A DNA stretch of 64,000 nt. Origin: Ferruginibacter sp. (GTDB lineage Bacteria; Bacteroidota; Bacteroidia; Chitinophagales; Chitinophagaceae). This document shows, in pieces, positions 37,940 to 47,847 of this stretch. The notes under the pieces are model-generated. The model was not told the origin of the DNA and did no database searches. It saw only the letters and a program-made list of their open reading frames with translations. The position numbers and the translations under genes were made by a program. The stretch is from NCBI GenBank assembly GCA_028288705.1, contig JAQBNH010000003.1, forward strand, positions 238,655 through 302,654, written 5' to 3'. The number at the start of each line of letters is the position of its first letter. Positions within the stretch are counted from its first letter, which is position 1.

Positions 37940-40192
37940 TCATTTTGCAAAAAATTGATATCGTAATCCCACGAAACCCCTGATGCCCTGCAAGGATGCA
38001 AAATTATAACCCGGATCAAACGTATAACCAGCGGGGTTAGTAACCGGATCGTTCGCTGTTTTGTCGAAGGGATCGAAAGCGCGCATGATCGGATCAGCGG
38101 GAACGAAATTCAGGAGATTTTTGATGCCGCAGTACAATTCCCATCCCCCCTTGAATTTCTTTGTCACCTGGATATTGGCAATACAAAACCATGGCGAATA
38201 TTCCGGGCGGTAATCATTTGGCAGCACCGGTAAACGCATCGGTCCATCCCATTTTCCACTCAGGTCGAATGCGAGTTTTTTTGATGCAGTGTATGTGCAA
38301 ACGAAAGTGCCCGACCAGTCCGGCGCGTGGAGTTGTTTGGTTCGGAAAATTTGGCCGGCTTTTTCTTCCAACATACGCACATCCATCCAGGTAATTCCTG
38401 CCAATACTTTCAACGGGAAATTGAAATTCATGTCGGTATTTAATGACAAGCCGCGTGAAACCGCATGTCCGCGCAGGTTTCGGTAGATGATCTTGTTCGG
38501 ATCGGAATCAAAATCGCCCGTGATCTTATTGCTGAAGTACGAATAGAACGCTGTCAGATCAAAATTAAGTTGCGATTTTGGGCCAGGAATTTTCAAAACA
38601 TAATTCAGGTTGCCATTATAAGAACGCTCGGGTTTAAGCGTCTCTTCAATAACCACTTCGCGGGCTCCTGTCAGTGCGGCATGATCTTCAGTGAATAAAT
38701 TTACCACGCGAAACCCGGTGCCGAAACTCGCACGCAGCGTTTGGTTCTTCACGGGTGAAAACTTATACGCGATCCTTGGCGAGTGCACGGCCCCATGATG
38801 TTTCTCCAGGTCGTAGCGATAGCCGAGCAGTAGCTTATGACGTTGGCTGATCGTCCACTCGTCCTGAGCAAAAATGCCCGGCAGAAAAATATTGGAAGGC
38901 TGGTTTGCTTTTTGGTCGGCACTGGAAGTTGCCGGAGTGTTATCGTCATAGGCAGTGTAGCGGACGCTGGAACCGAGCAGGAAATTGTGTCCTGCCTTGA
39001 GCAGTTTATCCCAATACATTTGCACGAAGGCTACTTGTTGCCTTGCGTTGTACGAAGTCGTCCCATACCAGGAATTCTGGCGATGATCATTAAAAGAAAA
39101 TTGCGTGATTATTTTTTCGGCTACAGGTAACTGGTAGATGCCAATCAGTTCAGCCCGATTGGTATAAATACTTTCACCATATATACTGTCGGACCCGCGC
39201 CAGTGCTTATCCCATGTGGTTTGTCCCCCCCAACGATCTTCATACACATAACGACCGGCAAGGCTGGCGACGCGGTTTTTGCTACGCTGGAAATTCCATT
39301 TATTAAAAATAGAAATACGGTGCTGCTGTGTAACATCAGTAAAGCCATCTTTATTATTATCAATTGGCTGCTGGTAATTAAAATAATTGATTCCCAGTAA
39401 TGACGTGGCATTGCCCACACTCGTTTTTAATGCTGCATCCACGCTTAGTTCACCCCAGCCCGTTACAAATACGTCGGCACTTATGTTAGGCGCCCGCAAT
39501 GGATTCTTCGTAATCACGTTGATGATGCCTCCCATAGCTTCAGAACCATATAAAGATGATCCCGGTCCTTTCACAACTTCGATCCTCTCGACCAGGCTGT
39601 TTGGAATGCCGCTCAATCCATATACCGTCGCCAACGCACTCACGATCGGCATGCCATCGATCAGGATCATCGTATACGGACCCTCCATACCGTTTATATG
39701 AATATCACCAGTGTTACAAACATTGCAGTTCAGTTGCGGTTGTACGCCGTTCACCATTCCCACCGCTTCAAATAAACTCGGCGTGGGATTTTTTTGAAAT
39801 AATTTTGCGGTAATCACTTCTACCGGCACTGCGCTTTCCGTACGCGACACCTCCTTCATCGTACCGGTAATCACCAGCTCTTCCATTGCACCTGGCAATG
39901 CTGTAAGTTCTACTTCAAGAGTTGTATCAACATGATCGGCGACAAATACTTTTAAATTAATCGTACTGTAACCTGCCCTGCTGATTGTAAGTATATACTT
40001 TCCTCCAACGGGCAAAGGCTGGTGAAAATAACCAGCGCTATCTGCGATAACCGCTGCGGCCCCGGGATTTATCAGCACTGTAGCAAAACTCAACGGCTTG
40101 TCAGCACTGGTAATATTGCCTGAAACTGAGGGCTGTGAAAAAGCATTGCCCGAACAAAATGTGCAGATGAAAAGTTTAAGAAGATGTTTCAT
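37940..40192 (-). CDS. TonB-dependent receptor, probably for metal uptake
   Basis: MEELVITGT TonB box, plug with LNCNVCNTGDIHINGMEGPYT, IERIEVVKGP-type VERIEVVKGPGSSLYGSEAMGG; divergent from mntR. Confidence 0.88.
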   Translation of the reverse strand: MKHLLKLFICTFCSGNAFSQPSVSGNITSADKPLSFATVLINPGAAAVIADSAGYFHQPLPVGGKYILTISRAGYSTINLKVFVADHVDTTLEVELTALPGAMEELVITGTMKEVSRTESAVPVEVITAKLFQKNPTPSLFEAVGMVNGVQPQLNCNVCNTGDIHINGMEGPYTMILIDGMPIVSALATVYGLSGIPNSLVERIEVVKGPGSSLYGSEAMGGIINVITKNPLRAPNISADVFVTGWGELSVDAALKTSVGNATSLLGINYFNYQQPIDNNKDGFTDVTQQHRISIFNKWNFQRSKNRVASLAGRYVYEDRWGGQTTWDKHWRGSDSIYGESIYTNRAELIGIYQLPVAEKIITQFSFNDHRQNSWYGTTSYNARQQVAFVQMYWDKLLKAGHNFLLGSSVRYTAYDDNTPATSSADQKANQPSNIFLPGIFAQDEWTISQRHKLLLGYRYDLEKHHGAVHSPRIAYKFSPVKNQTLRASFGTGFRVVNLFTEDHAALTGAREVVIEETLKPERSYNGNLNYVLKIPGPKSQLNFDLTAFYSYFSNKITGDFDSDPNKIIYRNLRGHAVSRGLSLNTDMNFNFPLKVLAGITWMDVRMLEEKAGQIFRTKQLHAPDWSGTFVCTYTASKKLAFDLSGKWDGPMRLPVLPNDYRPEYSPWFCIANIQVTKKFKGGWELYCGIKNLLNFVPADPIMRAFDPFDKTANDPVTNPAGYTFDPGYNFASLQGIRGFVGLRYQFFAK

Positions 40193-40217
40193 AATATACG
40201 ATTGATATAATTATAAA

Positions 40218-40233
40218 GTTAGAGTATCCTAAC
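40218..40233. promoter_or_regulatory. Putative MntR/DtxR operator
   Basis: Palindrome GTTAG-AGTATC-CTAAC between the divergent receptor and regulator; DtxR-family boxes are TTAG...CTAA. Confidence 0.65.
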
Positions 40234-40264
40234 ATTAAAACAAGTATACCTACAATTTTTATTT

Positions 40265-40272
40265 TAAGTTTG
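40265..40272 (+). promoter_or_regulatory. -7 promoter box 4 nt before the mntR ATG
   Basis: TAAGTTTG. Confidence 0.55.
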
Positions 40273-40276
40273 CTGT

Positions 40277-40927
40277 ATGAATTCTCTAACTGAAGAAAAT
40301 TACCTAAAGGCGTTATTTAATCTTTCGGGAGGAAAGGGCGAGGCAACCGTAAATGAACTAAGCCGGCAGCTAGGCATAAAAATGCCGACGGTCAACAGCA
40401 TGATGAAAAAACTCGCCGAAAAGAAACTGGTATTATATCAGAGTTACAAACCGTTAAAACTGACAGACAAAGGCAGAAAGGAAGCGGCAATGGTCATCCG
40501 GAAGCACCGCCTTACTGAAATGTTCCTCGTGGAAAAGATGGGCTTTGGCTGGGATGAAGTGCACCAGATTGCCGAGCAGGTGGAACATATACATGCGCCG
40601 GTATTCTTCGAAAAAATGGACCTCTTACTGGGCTTTCCCAAGGTAGATCCGCACGGCTCCCCCATACCTGACAAAAACGGGAAAATGGATTGGGTAAATT
40701 ACAGGAAGCTAAGTGACTGCAATGCTGGCGAAGCTGTTATCCTGGCTGCAGTAACACATTCTTCGGATGAATTTTTAAAGTTTCTCAACAGCCGTGATCT
40801 TGGGCTCGGTGTAAAAGTAAAGATCAAATCCGTAGAGATTTTTGATGGAAGCATGATCGTGAGCTACGGAAAAAGAAATGCAGAAGCATTAAGTAAAATG
40901 GTGTGTGAGAACCTGCTGGTCCATTAA
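40277..40927 (+). CDS. mntR: DtxR/MntR-family metal-dependent repressor with FeoA domain
   Basis: TEENYLKAL, RKHRLTEMFLVEKMG..WDEVHQIAEQVEH, DPHGSPIP. Confidence 0.9.
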   Translation: MNSLTEENYLKALFNLSGGKGEATVNELSRQLGIKMPTVNSMMKKLAEKKLVLYQSYKPLKLTDKGRKEAAMVIRKHRLTEMFLVEKMGFGWDEVHQIAEQVEHIHAPVFFEKMDLLLGFPKVDPHGSPIPDKNGKMDWVNYRKLSDCNAGEAVILAAVTHSSDEFLKFLNSRDLGLGVKVKIKSVEIFDGSMIVSYGKRNAEALSKMVCENLLVH

Positions 40928-40929
40928 GT

Positions 40930-41319
40930 TTAATTCAAGACGCGCATCGTATTGGTTTCGGTTTTTTGCTGTCCGGCACACACACAGGAATATTCATAGC
41001 TATGAGAAGTTACCCCAGTAATGATAATGGTCGATTTCATGCCATATTTTTTTCGTTGCAGCTTATCGCTACTCCACTTCTGCGACAATTCATAGCTGCA
41101 GTCTGACAACCATTTAACCCGCCAAACAGTCACCACACCGGTCGTTTCATTTTTTTCAGTTTGCTTTTTTGAGGTTCTTGATAATGTTACAACTTCTTTC
41201 GACGGAGTTATGTAGGAAAATTTTCCGCGGTGAAACTTAGTGCAGGATGCAGGCTGCGTCTGGCTAACGCTGGTTGCTGCAAAACACATCATTATAAGAA
41301 TGGGGGTCAATTTTTTCAT
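40930..41319 (-). CDS. Hypothetical secreted protein
   Basis: 129-aa ORF with signal peptide; C..FH.GKF, VKWLSDCSYEL; directly downstream of hutI. Confidence 0.65.
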   Translation of the reverse strand: MKKLTPILIMMCFAATSVSQTQPASCTKFHRGKFSYITPSKEVVTLSRTSKKQTEKNETTGVVTVWRVKWLSDCSYELSQKWSSDKLQRKKYGMKSTIIITGVTSHSYEYSCVCAGQQKTETNTMRVLN

Positions 41320-41323
41320 ATCG

Positions 41324-42568
41324 CTAATTTATCCATTGTCCATTGAGCATTGTGCGTTGAATAAGGTTGCTGCTAAAGCTATAAAACAAGTATGCCAGCG
41401 AAGGAAGGGGCTTCGTTAAAATGATATTGGCTTTTTTGCCAATGCTGATACTGCCCACCTGGTCTTGTAACTCCATCGCATACGCCCCATTGATCGTTGC
41501 TGCATTTACAACTTCTTCAGGTAGCATTTTCATTTGAATGCAACTCAACGCGCCAACAAAGTTCATGTTTCCGCCTGGCGAGGAGCCCGGGTTAAAATCA
41601 GAGGCCAGTGCGATGGCAGCTCCCGCATCAATTAGTTTTCTTGCCGGTTGAAAAGGCATTCGCAGGAAAAAGGCTGCTGTTGGCAATAAACTGCTTACAC
41701 CCGGGTAATCGCTGAGCAATTTTATTTCATGATCGCTTAGTGTTTCAAGATGATCGAGGGAAACCGCGTGGTTGGCAATCCCGATTTCTATACCACCGAT
41801 ACTATTTAGCTGGTTGACATGAAGCTTTGGTTTCAGTCCGAACGCTGCTCCAGCTTTGCAAATCATAGCTGTATCTTCTGCAGAAAAAAAACCTGTTTCG
41901 CAAAAAACGTCAATATAATCGGCCAGCCCTTCTTTTTGAATCGCGGGCAACATGTCGTTGATGATCATATTCAGGTAGCCGGCATGATCCTCTTTAAATT
42001 TAAGCGGATAAGTATGTGCGCCAAGAAACGTCGCCTTTATCAATACAGGAGATGACTGCTTCAATTTTTTTATCACGCGCAGCATTTTCAGCTCGCCTTC
42101 TACCGACAAACCGTAACCGCTTTTTATTTCCAGCGCACCGGTGCCCAACAGGGCTAATTCGTCGAGGCGCTGTTTTGCTTCTTCAAACAATTGATCTTCG
42201 GAAGTTGCCGAAAGCTTCTCAGCAGAATTCAATATGCCGCCGCCTTTCGCAGCGATCTCAGCATAGCTTAAACCTTTTAACTTATCGACGAACTCCGATT
42301 CACGGGTTCCTGCAAACACGATATGGGAATGACTGTCGCACCAGGATGGCATGACCATGCAACCAGCTGCATCAACGATATCTTTTGGAAGTTGTGGTAG
42401 TTTGATATCCAGTTCATACATCGAACCATAGTCTGCAATCAGCCCGTCTTCAATCAACAGGAACGCGTCATTAATATAAGGTAGCATCGCAAGATCCTTC
42501 CCACGCTTTAGCGGCATTTCTTCGCCCGTATTCAGCAGTTTTTGTATATTGGTGATAAGCAAGCTCAT
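41324..42568 (-). CDS. hutI: Imidazolonepropionase
   Basis: WCDSHSH.VFAG.RE.EF, GGGILNS, EIKSGYGL, LGAH, DVFCE.GFF, DHLE, ASDFNPGSSP. Confidence 0.93.
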   Translation of the reverse strand: MSLLITNIQKLLNTGEEMPLKRGKDLAMLPYINDAFLLIEDGLIADYGSMYELDIKLPQLPKDIVDAAGCMVMPSWCDSHSHIVFAGTRESEFVDKLKGLSYAEIAAKGGGILNSAEKLSATSEDQLFEEAKQRLDELALLGTGALEIKSGYGLSVEGELKMLRVIKKLKQSSPVLIKATFLGAHTYPLKFKEDHAGYLNMIINDMLPAIQKEGLADYIDVFCETGFFSAEDTAMICKAGAAFGLKPKLHVNQLNSIGGIEIGIANHAVSLDHLETLSDHEIKLLSDYPGVSSLLPTAAFFLRMPFQPARKLIDAGAAIALASDFNPGSSPGGNMNFVGALSCIQMKMLPEEVVNAATINGAYAMELQDQVGSISIGKKANIILTKPLPSLAYLFYSFSSNLIQRTMLNGQWIN

Positions 42569-42573
42569 AAGCA

Positions 42574-42581
42574 CAAATATA
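42574..42581 (-). promoter_or_regulatory. -7 promoter box 5 nt before the hutI ATG
   Basis: TATATTTG on the minus strand. Confidence 0.55.
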
Positions 42582-42666
42582 TAAGCTATCTGTTGAAATC
42601 ATCTATTGCAGTCAGGCGCAATTTTTGACCTATTGCAGGAACGATCTCTCATCAACTTTTTTATAC

Positions 42667-44472
42667 ATGAAAATTCTCTGGCAATACCTGCGGCCATACA
42701 AAGCACTAACTTTTTTTTCTCTATTTCTTGCAGGTGTTGCACAACTCCTCACCCTGATCGATCCCATCATTTTTGGAAAGATCATTGACAGCTATGCTTT
42801 ACATCCCGGCCTTCAAACTGAAAAAGAGATGGTGAACGGCATCACAGGCTGGTTGCTGATCGCGGTGGGTATCGCCATGGCAGCGAGGCTGGCAAAGACT
42901 TTCCATGAATACTTCCTGAAACTTGTCGTTCAAAAATTCGGCATGGCCATCTTCAACGACGGGCTAAAACAAACGCTGAGGCTCTCCTACCAGGAATTTG
43001 AAGAGCAGCGCAGCGGCGAAACTTTATCCATCTTGCAAAAGACCAGGCGTGACACAGAAAATTTTATCAATGCTTTTATTAATATCGTTTTTTCAACTGT
43101 TGTCGGTATTGGCTTCCTGATCTGGTATGCCGTTACGAAGCATTGGGCATTAATCCCGGTATTTTTTATTGGCGTGCTGTTGTTGGGCGGACTTACGGGT
43201 TTGCTGAGTAAAAAGATTAAGACCGTTCAGCGCAGCATCTTCCGCGAAAACGCCGTTCTTTCAGGAAACATCACGGAATCGCTGCGAAATATTGAACTGG
43301 TAAAAAGCCTGGGCCTTACCTACCCCGAAATCAAACGCTTAAAAACCTTTACCCAAAAGATCTTCGATCTCGAAATGCTTAAAACAAAGAAGGTACGTAC
43401 CCTCAGTTTTCTGCAAGGCACAACGCTGAACGTTCTAAAGCAATCCATTCTGTTCATCCTGCTATGGCTCATCTTCCGGAAAGTATTAACCGCAGGTGAA
43501 TTGATCTCCATGCAATTTATTATCAATACGATCTTTGTGCCGTTGCAGGATTTAGGCAATATCATCCTCTCTTACCGGGAAGCAGAAGCCTCCCTGCAAA
43601 ATTTTGATAAACTGATGAAGAAGCCGGTAGAGATGCGTCCCGAAGATCCGATTGAAGTTGGTGAACTGGACAGCCTGGAATTTGATAACGTTGTTTTTCG
43701 TCATCGCACTGCTACAGAGAATGCCTTAGACGGCATTTCTTTCAAAGCGACGCGGGGACAATCTATTGCGTTTGTCGGCCCATCAGGTTCGGGCAAATCC
43801 ACCTTGGTAAAATTGCTCGTTGGGTTATACAGCCCGGTGAGTGGCAATATTTATTTTGATGATGTATCGGTGAAGGATATACGCTATAATCGAATCCGGC
43901 GGCAGATCGGTTTCGTGACACAGGAAACGCAATTGTTTGCCGGAACTGTTCGTCAGAATTTGCATTTCATCAAGCCCGGCGCCACGGAAGAGGAAATGCT
44001 GAGTGCCCTTCGCAAATCTTCTTCCTTTAATTTATTGAACAGCGCCAAAGGATTGGACACCGTATTAGGAGAAGGCGGAACAAAACTTTCTGGTGGCGAA
44101 AAGCAACGCTTATCCATCGCCAGGGCCTTACTTCGTAATCCAAGGATCATCATTTTCGATGAAGCAACAGCATCGCTTGATTCCCTCACGGAAGAACAAA
44201 TCACAGATACCATTCGCCAGATCGCCGGAGAAAAGAGCCAGATCATCATTTCTATCGCGCACCGTTTATCAACCATCATGTCGGCCGATACCATCTATGT
44301 ATTAGAAAAAGGCAAAATTGTGGAGACCGGGTCGCATGCCGCGCTGCTGGAGGAAAAGGGTTTGTATTATGCTATGTGGCGTCAACAGATCGGGGAAAGA
44401 AAAACGCCCGATGTGCTCATAAAAAAAGCCGTTGTTCCAATGATTGAAACAACGACTCCTGATGATGTCTGA
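42667..44472 (+). CDS. ABC exporter, fused permease/ATPase
   Basis: TM domain, GPSGSGKST, LSGGEKQR, IIIFDEAT. Confidence 0.9.
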   Translation: MKILWQYLRPYKALTFFSLFLAGVAQLLTLIDPIIFGKIIDSYALHPGLQTEKEMVNGITGWLLIAVGIAMAARLAKTFHEYFLKLVVQKFGMAIFNDGLKQTLRLSYQEFEEQRSGETLSILQKTRRDTENFINAFINIVFSTVVGIGFLIWYAVTKHWALIPVFFIGVLLLGGLTGLLSKKIKTVQRSIFRENAVLSGNITESLRNIELVKSLGLTYPEIKRLKTFTQKIFDLEMLKTKKVRTLSFLQGTTLNVLKQSILFILLWLIFRKVLTAGELISMQFIINTIFVPLQDLGNIILSYREAEASLQNFDKLMKKPVEMRPEDPIEVGELDSLEFDNVVFRHRTATENALDGISFKATRGQSIAFVGPSGSGKSTLVKLLVGLYSPVSGNIYFDDVSVKDIRYNRIRRQIGFVTQETQLFAGTVRQNLHFIKPGATEEEMLSALRKSSSFNLLNSAKGLDTVLGEGGTKLSGGEKQRLSIARALLRNPRIIIFDEATASLDSLTEEQITDTIRQIAGEKSQIIISIAHRLSTIMSADTIYVLEKGKIVETGSHAALLEEKGLYYAMWRQQIGERKTPDVLIKKAVVPMIETTTPDDV

Positions 44473-44481
44473 TCTAAAAAA

Positions 44482-45054
44482 TTATTTTCTTTTAAAGATT
44501 TCTCCGTTCGGCAGGATCTTCAATTTGGCTTTTTCTTCGCCTTTATGTAATTCAATTTCATACATGTCGCGGTCTTTATCGTTTTCTTTATCAATCTCAA
44601 CAATCGTATAACCCGGATATTGCGCATTAATCGTTTGGTTTACCGCATCAGGGAGATTTGGATTGCCTGTTATGCGCGTAGAAGTTTTTACCCATTCGCC
44701 CCTATTGTTATACCAGCTCGTATAATCTGCCCCATTGTTATTGAAACGAACATAATAATATTGGTCGTCCATTTTCATATCATCGCTTTCAATTGGCTCG
44801 TATTGCATCCACACTGCCTTCTGAGCTTTTGGATACTTTACAGTGAAAGACTTACGAACAGAATCAGGAACCTGCTCTGTAGTAATGCTCACGCTCTTGC
44901 CTTCGGTTGCAGCGGTTTTCGCTACCGTAGCCACAGGCACAGTTTCCGGCGTGGTAACGGTAGCAACTGTTGTCTCTTCTTTCTTGTTGTCCTGGCATGA
45001 GGTTGCAGTTACTGCTGCAAATGCCATCAGGGATAAAAGTTTTACGATTTTCAT
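44482..45054 (-). CDS. PepSY-like (BLIP-like) lipoprotein
   Basis: Lipobox ATSC; VPDSVRKSF..KYP, LPDAV..TI..QYP, YEIEL. Confidence 0.7.
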   Translation of the reverse strand: MKIVKLLSLMAFAAVTATSCQDNKKEETTVATVTTPETVPVATVAKTAATEGKSVSITTEQVPDSVRKSFTVKYPKAQKAVWMQYEPIESDDMKMDDQYYYVRFNNNGADYTSWYNNRGEWVKTSTRITGNPNLPDAVNQTINAQYPGYTIVEIDKENDKDRDMYEIELHKGEEKAKLKILPNGEIFKRK

Positions 45055-45085
45055 ATATTTTAAATTTTATGTTAATCCATTCTAT

Positions 45086-45100
45086 AGAAAAATTATGCCA
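45086..45100 (-). promoter_or_regulatory. Candidate sigma-54-like promoter of the PepSY-like lipoprotein
   Basis: Minus strand TGGCAT-AATTT-TTCT, 31 nt before the ATG. Confidence 0.3.
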
Positions 45101-45187
45101 AGCCTTAACAATTCACTCGACCTCGGGATTCGTGGTTCCAAATTTGTTATGATAATTTTAACTTTTCCACTAAAAAAAATTAGATGT

Positions 45188-45628
45188 ATGAAAAAAATTT
45201 TCCGCTCAGGTTTATTAGCGCTGATGGGCATCAGCCTTTTTGCAAACACGATTGAAGCAGCTGCTGTTTTGCCTTCCACTTCAGTTGAATATGTAACTGT
45301 GCCATATGCCCCGCCAACTGAAGTACCGGCACCTTCTTTGAAATCAGCATTGGCAGATTTTAAAGGGCTTTCAAAAAGAGAACGAAAACTCCGCATGAAA
45401 GAAGTGAAGAAGCAATTGAAAGAATTGAAACAACAGAAGAAAAATGGTAATGCGCCGAGTACAAATCAAACATTATTGATCATCCTAGCGATCCTGTTGC
45501 CACCACTAGCGGTTTACCTGCATGAAGGAGTTATCAACAGCAAATTCTGGATTGATCTGTTACTGACTTTATTGTTCTTCCTGCCAGGTGTAATTTATGC
45601 GCTTGTGGTAGTGTTGAATAAAGACTAA
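45188..45628 (+). CDS. YqaE/Pmp3-family membrane protein with N-terminal extension
   Basis: C-terminal ILAILLPPLAVYL...FWIDLLLTLLFFLPGVIYAL. Confidence 0.82.
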   Translation: MKKIFRSGLLALMGISLFANTIEAAAVLPSTSVEYVTVPYAPPTEVPAPSLKSALADFKGLSKRERKLRMKEVKKQLKELKQQKKNGNAPSTNQTLLIILAILLPPLAVYLHEGVINSKFWIDLLLTLLFFLPGVIYALVVVLNKD

Positions 45629-45652
45629 AAGAATTTTAATTAACAAAGCCTG

Positions 45653-45681
45653 GCCGTTGCAATTTTTTGCAGCGGCTTTTT
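45653..45681. terminator. Terminator between yqaE-like and the ABC permease gene
   Basis: GCCGTTGCAA/TTGCAGCGGC stem followed by a T-run. Confidence 0.65.
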
Positions 45682-46728
45682 TTATTGTATGCGCACGCGG
45701 GGATCTACCAGGCGGTAGAATAAATCGGCCAGCATATTGATCAGGATAAAAATAAATGCGCTCAGCAGTACTGCACCCATCACTACCGGGTAATCCAGTT
45801 TTTCCAGGGCATCCACGGTGATTTTTCCAAGACCTTTCCAGCCGAAAATATATTCAACGAAAAAAGCACCGGCCAATAATTCGGCAAACCAGCCGGTAAC
45901 TGCGGTGATCACCGGGTTCATAGCATTGCGCAAGGCATGTTTCAAAATCACTTTTCGGGTACTTAAACCTTTCGCATAAGCAGTGCGAATATAGTCCTGG
46001 CCCAATACGTCGAGCATGGAACTGCGGCTTAATTGTGTTATTACTGCCAACGGGCGAATGCCCAGGGTGAATGCAGGAAGTATCAGATTTTTTAGCACAA
46101 GGAATCTTTCACCTGTCACTTCATCAATTTCATAAAGGCTGCCGGTTAAATGCAGGCCAGTATAGTTGTGCAGCAAAATCCCAAAAGTATAGGCGATAAT
46201 GATCGCCATAAAAAATGAAGGTGCAGAAATTCCCGCAATACTGCTGAACACGGCTGTATTATCAATCCATGTGTCTTTTTTCACAGCTGCAATAACACCC
46301 AGGCTGATGCCGACAATACACGCAAACAGCATCGCGGTGACTGCAAGGACAATCGTGCCCGGCAAAGCCTCACTCAACACGGCCAGTGTATCTTTTTTCG
46401 TTTGGTAACTCTGGCGCAGGTATGGAACTTTAATGCCAAACTTCTTTTCACCACCAATAAAAAAGCCGCGCAATTTTTTCTTTTCGATGTCCGCGCGGGA
46501 ATGAATGCTTACAGGAGATACATCATTGAGGTAAAGTGCAAATTGCTTCCACTTAGGTTGATCGAGGTAAAGATCTTTGCGGATATTATCTAGTGTCTTC
46601 TTATCCCCGGTTTGCCCGACGATGAGTCGCGCAGGATCCCCGAAGCCCTGGAACATCACGAATACGAGCACGACAACGCCCAGCAACACCAGTATTGAAT
46701 AGAATATTTTTCTCAAGAAATAGCGCAT
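45682..46728 (-). CDS. DppB/OppB-type ABC permease (orphan)
   Basis: EAA motif RSSMLDVLGQDYIRTAYAKGL...KHALRNA; GLGK...AL..LDYPVVMG. Confidence 0.88.
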   Translation of the reverse strand: MRYFLRKIFYSILVLLGVVVLVFVMFQGFGDPARLIVGQTGDKKTLDNIRKDLYLDQPKWKQFALYLNDVSPVSIHSRADIEKKKLRGFFIGGEKKFGIKVPYLRQSYQTKKDTLAVLSEALPGTIVLAVTAMLFACIVGISLGVIAAVKKDTWIDNTAVFSSIAGISAPSFFMAIIIAYTFGILLHNYTGLHLTGSLYEIDEVTGERFLVLKNLILPAFTLGIRPLAVITQLSRSSMLDVLGQDYIRTAYAKGLSTRKVILKHALRNAMNPVITAVTGWFAELLAGAFFVEYIFGWKGLGKITVDALEKLDYPVVMGAVLLSAFIFILINMLADLFYRLVDPRVRIQ

Positions 46729-46737
46729 GCTTGTTGG

Positions 46738-47841
46738 TTAAAAATCTGCCCAGCTTTTCTTCTCTTCCACAACAGGACCTTTCATCCGGAACAGTGTAGG
46801 ATTGCTTCGTGCGGCCGTTTTGATTGCTGTGCCATCTGTGGTAAATACAGCATCTGCATTAATATTGTATTGATGTAAAAATTGCTCCACTGCATTTCGC
46901 TGGGCGGTAACAATATAAACTTTACGCTTCCCTTTTTCACGTTCAACCAACGCTTTAAAACCAGGTGCCCATACCTTGACGTTAGCAGGAAGTTCTTTCA
47001 GGAAAAGCAGGAAATATTCTTCATTTGATTGTAAAATGGCATCGGTTGTATCAATTCCTGTTACTGTACTGAAAGAAAAGTCATTGATCAAAGGAATATT
47101 ATTTCGGCCTTTTGTTACGAGCTGTTGTTTGCGCTCCACGAAGGTCCAGCTGCTATCAGGAAGGGCTGCAGTTGTAAAGTCTTGCTTTACCCCACCCTTT
47201 TCATAAACAAATACATAATCAAATTTGTCAGGAATGGCGTTGGCAGGCATTTTCCGCAATTCAAGAATATTGTTGCCAACTTTATAAGGCAGGCAATCCT
47301 TCAGCGGAAGATGTTTTAGCACATAAAATTGCAACCACAGGGTGAGTAACATGGACAATAATACATAACCGGAATTAATCCAGGGCTTCGCAACGGGGTG
47401 AATATATCTTGTATTCAACAACAGAAGTAAGGAAAGTACCAATAAAATGATATCTTTTGTAAACGTTTGAACAGGCGTTAAAGGAATACAATCGCCAAAG
47501 CAGCCACAGGCGCGGATCTTCCCGCTAAATAAAACGTAGCTCGTTAAAAAAGTAAAGAAAAGCATCAGGAGAAAAAGCATAAGCGTGGATATCCTTTTTT
47601 GCCAGCCAAGCAACAAGGCCACACCCACCACAACTTCCAGTGTGATCATGATCACAGAAAATGCAAGTGCGTATTGGTCCAGCCATTGCATCATTCCTTT
47701 TAGTGAACCAATACTTCCCCAGGCTTCAAAAAATTCCTGCATTTTATAGGCAAGGCCGCGAGGGTCGATCGCTTTAACCAACCCCGAAAAAATAAACAAC
47801 AAGCCCGTCAGGATCCTGGCAATGCCGACAATTATTTTCAT
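46738..47841 (-). CDS. DoxX/MauE-type membrane protein (BT_3928-like)
   Basis: FIFSGLVKAIDP.G..YKM.EFF, CGCFGDCI. Confidence 0.75.
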   Translation of the reverse strand: MKIIVGIARILTGLLFIFSGLVKAIDPRGLAYKMQEFFEAWGSIGSLKGMMQWLDQYALAFSVIMITLEVVVGVALLLGWQKRISTLMLFLLMLFFTFLTSYVLFSGKIRACGCFGDCIPLTPVQTFTKDIILLVLSLLLLLNTRYIHPVAKPWINSGYVLLSMLLTLWLQFYVLKHLPLKDCLPYKVGNNILELRKMPANAIPDKFDYVFVYEKGGVKQDFTTAALPDSSWTFVERKQQLVTKGRNNIPLINDFSFSTVTGIDTTDAILQSNEEYFLLFLKELPANVKVWAPGFKALVEREKGKRKVYIVTAQRNAVEQFLHQYNINADAVFTTDGTAIKTAARSNPTLFRMKGPVVEEKKSWADF

Positions 47842-47847
47842 AAGCGA

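Noticed and set aside
44843-45187. Long upstream in-frame extensions given by the ORF track (yqaE-like, folP, eda, uxaC, CE12, hutI and others)
   Set aside because: They overlap neighbouring genes, terminators or promoter boxes; downstream starts give family-typical N-termini
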